32,000 bases of DNA from the NCBI RefSeq assembly GCF_900079115.1, contig NZ_LT549890.1, positions 480,001 to 512,000 on the forward strand, given 5' to 3'. This DNA is from Saccharolobus solfataricus (lineage in GTDB: Archaea > Thermoproteota > Thermoprotei_A > Sulfolobales > Sulfolobaceae). Under the pieces are notes generated by a model that saw only the letters and a program-made list of their open reading frames with translations, was not told the origin of the DNA and did no database searches. Positions 28,911 through 32,000 of this stretch are shown here, one piece after another. Both the position numbers and the translations under genes were made by a program. Position 1 is the first letter of the stretch. Each line of letters starts with the position of its first letter.

Positions 28911-30443
28911 GTGGGGATAAGGATTTTGAATGATCTGATGTTAGATAAAAGTGCGTTATTATTTGGGGTCTCGAAATATCTTGAGAAGGGAATAATTACT
29001 GGTAATATCCTAATTCATAAATCACTTTTAGCTGAACTCGAAAAGGAAAGTAATGATGGTTTAGTTAGCGCTGAAATAGCTCTTGATGAAGTGAAAAAGT
29101 TAAAAGATATAACAGAAAGAATTCTAGTTAATTTTGAAATAGTAGGCGAAAATTCAAAAAAAGGAGAAGCTAATGAACTTTCGCGTGAATATTGCTTAGA
29201 GAAAGGTTGCATAATGGTTACCGCAGACGAAACGCAGAAAAAGATTTGTGATGTGATGGGGATACAGTATAGTTTTTTACAACCGTTAGAGCAAAGTTTA
29301 TCATTTGAAAGTTTCTTTGACGATGAAACAATGAGCTTACACATAAAAGAGGATACTGTACCGAGAGCAAAAAAAGGTAAGCCTGGGAATTGGAAATTTG
29401 TAAATCTCTCAAATAAGCCTATGTTGTCAGTTGATGTAAAAAGGATAGCTAATGAGATAATTAATGGTGTTAGGTTCATAAAAGGTTCTTTTATAGAAAT
29501 AGAGAGAAAAGGTTCTCTCATTATACAGTTAGGCAATTATAGAGTGGTGATAACTAGACCACCTTTAAGCGATGGTTGGGAGATAACTATAACTAGACCA
29601 GTTGTTAGGAAAAGATTAGAAGATTATGGTTTAGATGAACGACTAATAAAAAGGTTAGAAGAAAGAGCAGAGGGAATAATTATAGCAGGAGCTCCTGGTA
29701 TGGGAAAGACAACGTTCGCACAAGCACTATCAGAATACTATATGAGGTTAGGGAAGATAGTGAAAACCATAGAATCCCCGAGAGATATGCACTTACCTCC
29801 AGAGATAACACAATATTCTAAAAACTATGCAGAAATTGGAGAGCTTCATGATATTTTACTATTAAGTAGGCCAGACTATACAGTATATGACGAGATGAGG
29901 AATGACGAGGATTTTAAACTTTATATCGATCTTCGCCTTGCAGGCATAGGAATGGTAGGGGTAGTTCATGCTACCTCACCGATTGATGCAATACATAGGT
30001 TTGTAAACAGAGTAGATATAGGTACAATACCAAATATCTTGGATACTATAATATTCATAAATTCTGGAAACGTAAGTAAGGTTTACACTTTAGAAATCAC
30101 AGTAAAAGTACCAGCAGGATTGAAGGAAGCTGACCTTGCGAGACCAGTTGTAGAAATAAAAGATCTAGTCACTGGGAATACTGAATATGAGATATATGTA
30201 TTCGGTGAACAGACCATGATAGTACCAGTGAATAGAGGAATCACCTTGAATAATATGGAATTTAAAATATCGAAAATTGTTAATAATATAATACCAAAAG
30301 CTACAGTAAAGTATGAGGACGGAGAATACGTTATAGTAATACCAAAAGAAGAAATAGGAAAATACAATAGGAAATTGGTACAACGATTAAAGAGACTCGA
30401 GAAGAAGAACAATATAAAGATAAAGATTAAACTGTCAGATTAG
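28911..30443 (+). CDS. PIN-domain / KH-domain ATPase (PilT-like NTPase family)
   Basis: 510-aa ORF with a GTG start and a central Walker A IIAGAPGMGKTT. The N-terminal PIN-like and C-terminal KH-like architecture is conserved in archaea, as I recall it. Confidence 0.65.
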   Translation: MGIRILNDLMLDKSALLFGVSKYLEKGIITGNILIHKSLLAELEKESNDGLVSAEIALDEVKKLKDITERILVNFEIVGENSKKGEANELSREYCLEKGCIMVTADETQKKICDVMGIQYSFLQPLEQSLSFESFFDDETMSLHIKEDTVPRAKKGKPGNWKFVNLSNKPMLSVDVKRIANEIINGVRFIKGSFIEIERKGSLIIQLGNYRVVITRPPLSDGWEITITRPVVRKRLEDYGLDERLIKRLEERAEGIIIAGAPGMGKTTFAQALSEYYMRLGKIVKTIESPRDMHLPPEITQYSKNYAEIGELHDILLLSRPDYTVYDEMRNDEDFKLYIDLRLAGIGMVGVVHATSPIDAIHRFVNRVDIGTIPNILDTIIFINSGNVSKVYTLEITVKVPAGLKEADLARPVVEIKDLVTGNTEYEIYVFGEQTMIVPVNRGITLNNMEFKISKIVNNIIPKATVKYEDGEYVIVIPKEEIGKYNRKLVQRLKRLEKKNNIKIKIKLSD

Positions 30444-30871
30444 AGAAAATTATCTAGCGTTCTACTTATTTTTGCCTCTACTAATCTTACCAAATCTTCT
30501 AAATCTAACCCTTCAATTTCAGAGTCTGCAACGTAATTTCCGGTTTCAGTTCTTCTTAACTTCTCAAATGGTATGAACTTCAAAACACCGGGCTTTTTGA
30601 CTCCTAAAAATAGCGAACCGCCACTCTTTCTTGCAAATTCTATAATACCTTCTGCTTGTTCCCTTCTAACATAAATTTTTCCCTCTATATCCTTTCTACT
30701 CTTCATCTCAATTAAAATAATAACGCCATTCTTTAAAGCGATAATATCCGGTATAGGGTCTTTCCTCTTACTACCACTTGCTGGAGCTCTCACAACAGCA
30801 AAACCCTTATCCCTTAACCTGCTCACAATATTTCGTTCTACTGCGGAACCTTTCCTCTTTTTAGCGTTCAT
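30440..30871 (-). CDS. hjc: Holliday junction resolvase Hjc
   Basis: 143-aa ORF. GSAVERNIVSRLRDKGFAVVRAPASG...PDIIALKNGVIILIEMKSRK carries the nuclease-fold E...PD...E-x-K catalytic pattern. Confidence 0.9.
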   Translation of the reverse strand: MNAKKRKGSAVERNIVSRLRDKGFAVVRAPASGSKRKDPIPDIIALKNGVIILIEMKSRKDIEGKIYVRREQAEGIIEFARKSGGSLFLGVKKPGVLKFIPFEKLRRTETGNYVADSEIEGLDLEDLVRLVEAKISRTLDNFL

Positions 30872-30903
30872 AAGGTATTATATAAATAAAAGTTTGTAGT
30901 ATT

Positions 30904-32000
<1,097 letters not shown>

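Overview
This window looks like chromosomal DNA from a Sulfolobus/Saccharolobus solfataricus-like crenarchaeon. It is AT-rich and carries an insertion of exactly 1439 bp matching ISC1439. The 882-aa PolB1, 143-aa Hjc and 307-aa PriL match S. solfataricus protein lengths as I recall them. About 85% of the window is tightly packed housekeeping genes: hmgA (3' end), glyA, a minus-strand pgk-gap-usp operon, an mscS-family gene, tsr3, tRNA-Arg(GCG), dpo1, an aKMT-like methyltransferase cluster, a CDP-alcohol phosphatidyltransferase, priL, metG, the A1AO ATPase genes (atpI divergent from atpF-E-A-B-D, a small ORF and atpK), proS, rps26e, pdxS/pdxT, a PIN/KH ATPase, hjc and ilvC. The only accessory-like stretch is about 5.1-10.5 kb. 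It holds ISC1439 with a 9-bp target duplication, a frameshifted SSV-type integrase N-terminal remnant fused to the 3' half of tRNA-Arg, and a local repeat family of four copies. The best-preserved copy (9.55-9.85 kb, upstream of tsr3) has a GC-rich core that folds into several nested helices and is flanked by BRE/TATA-like motifs. I rate that as the most interesting unexplained signal: a candidate structured ncRNA or an unusual non-autonomous element. I see no CRISPR array, no recognisable multi-gene defence system and no novel protein-coding system, and I do not claim one. All assignments come from hand translation, motif recognition and recalled family knowledge, with no database search.
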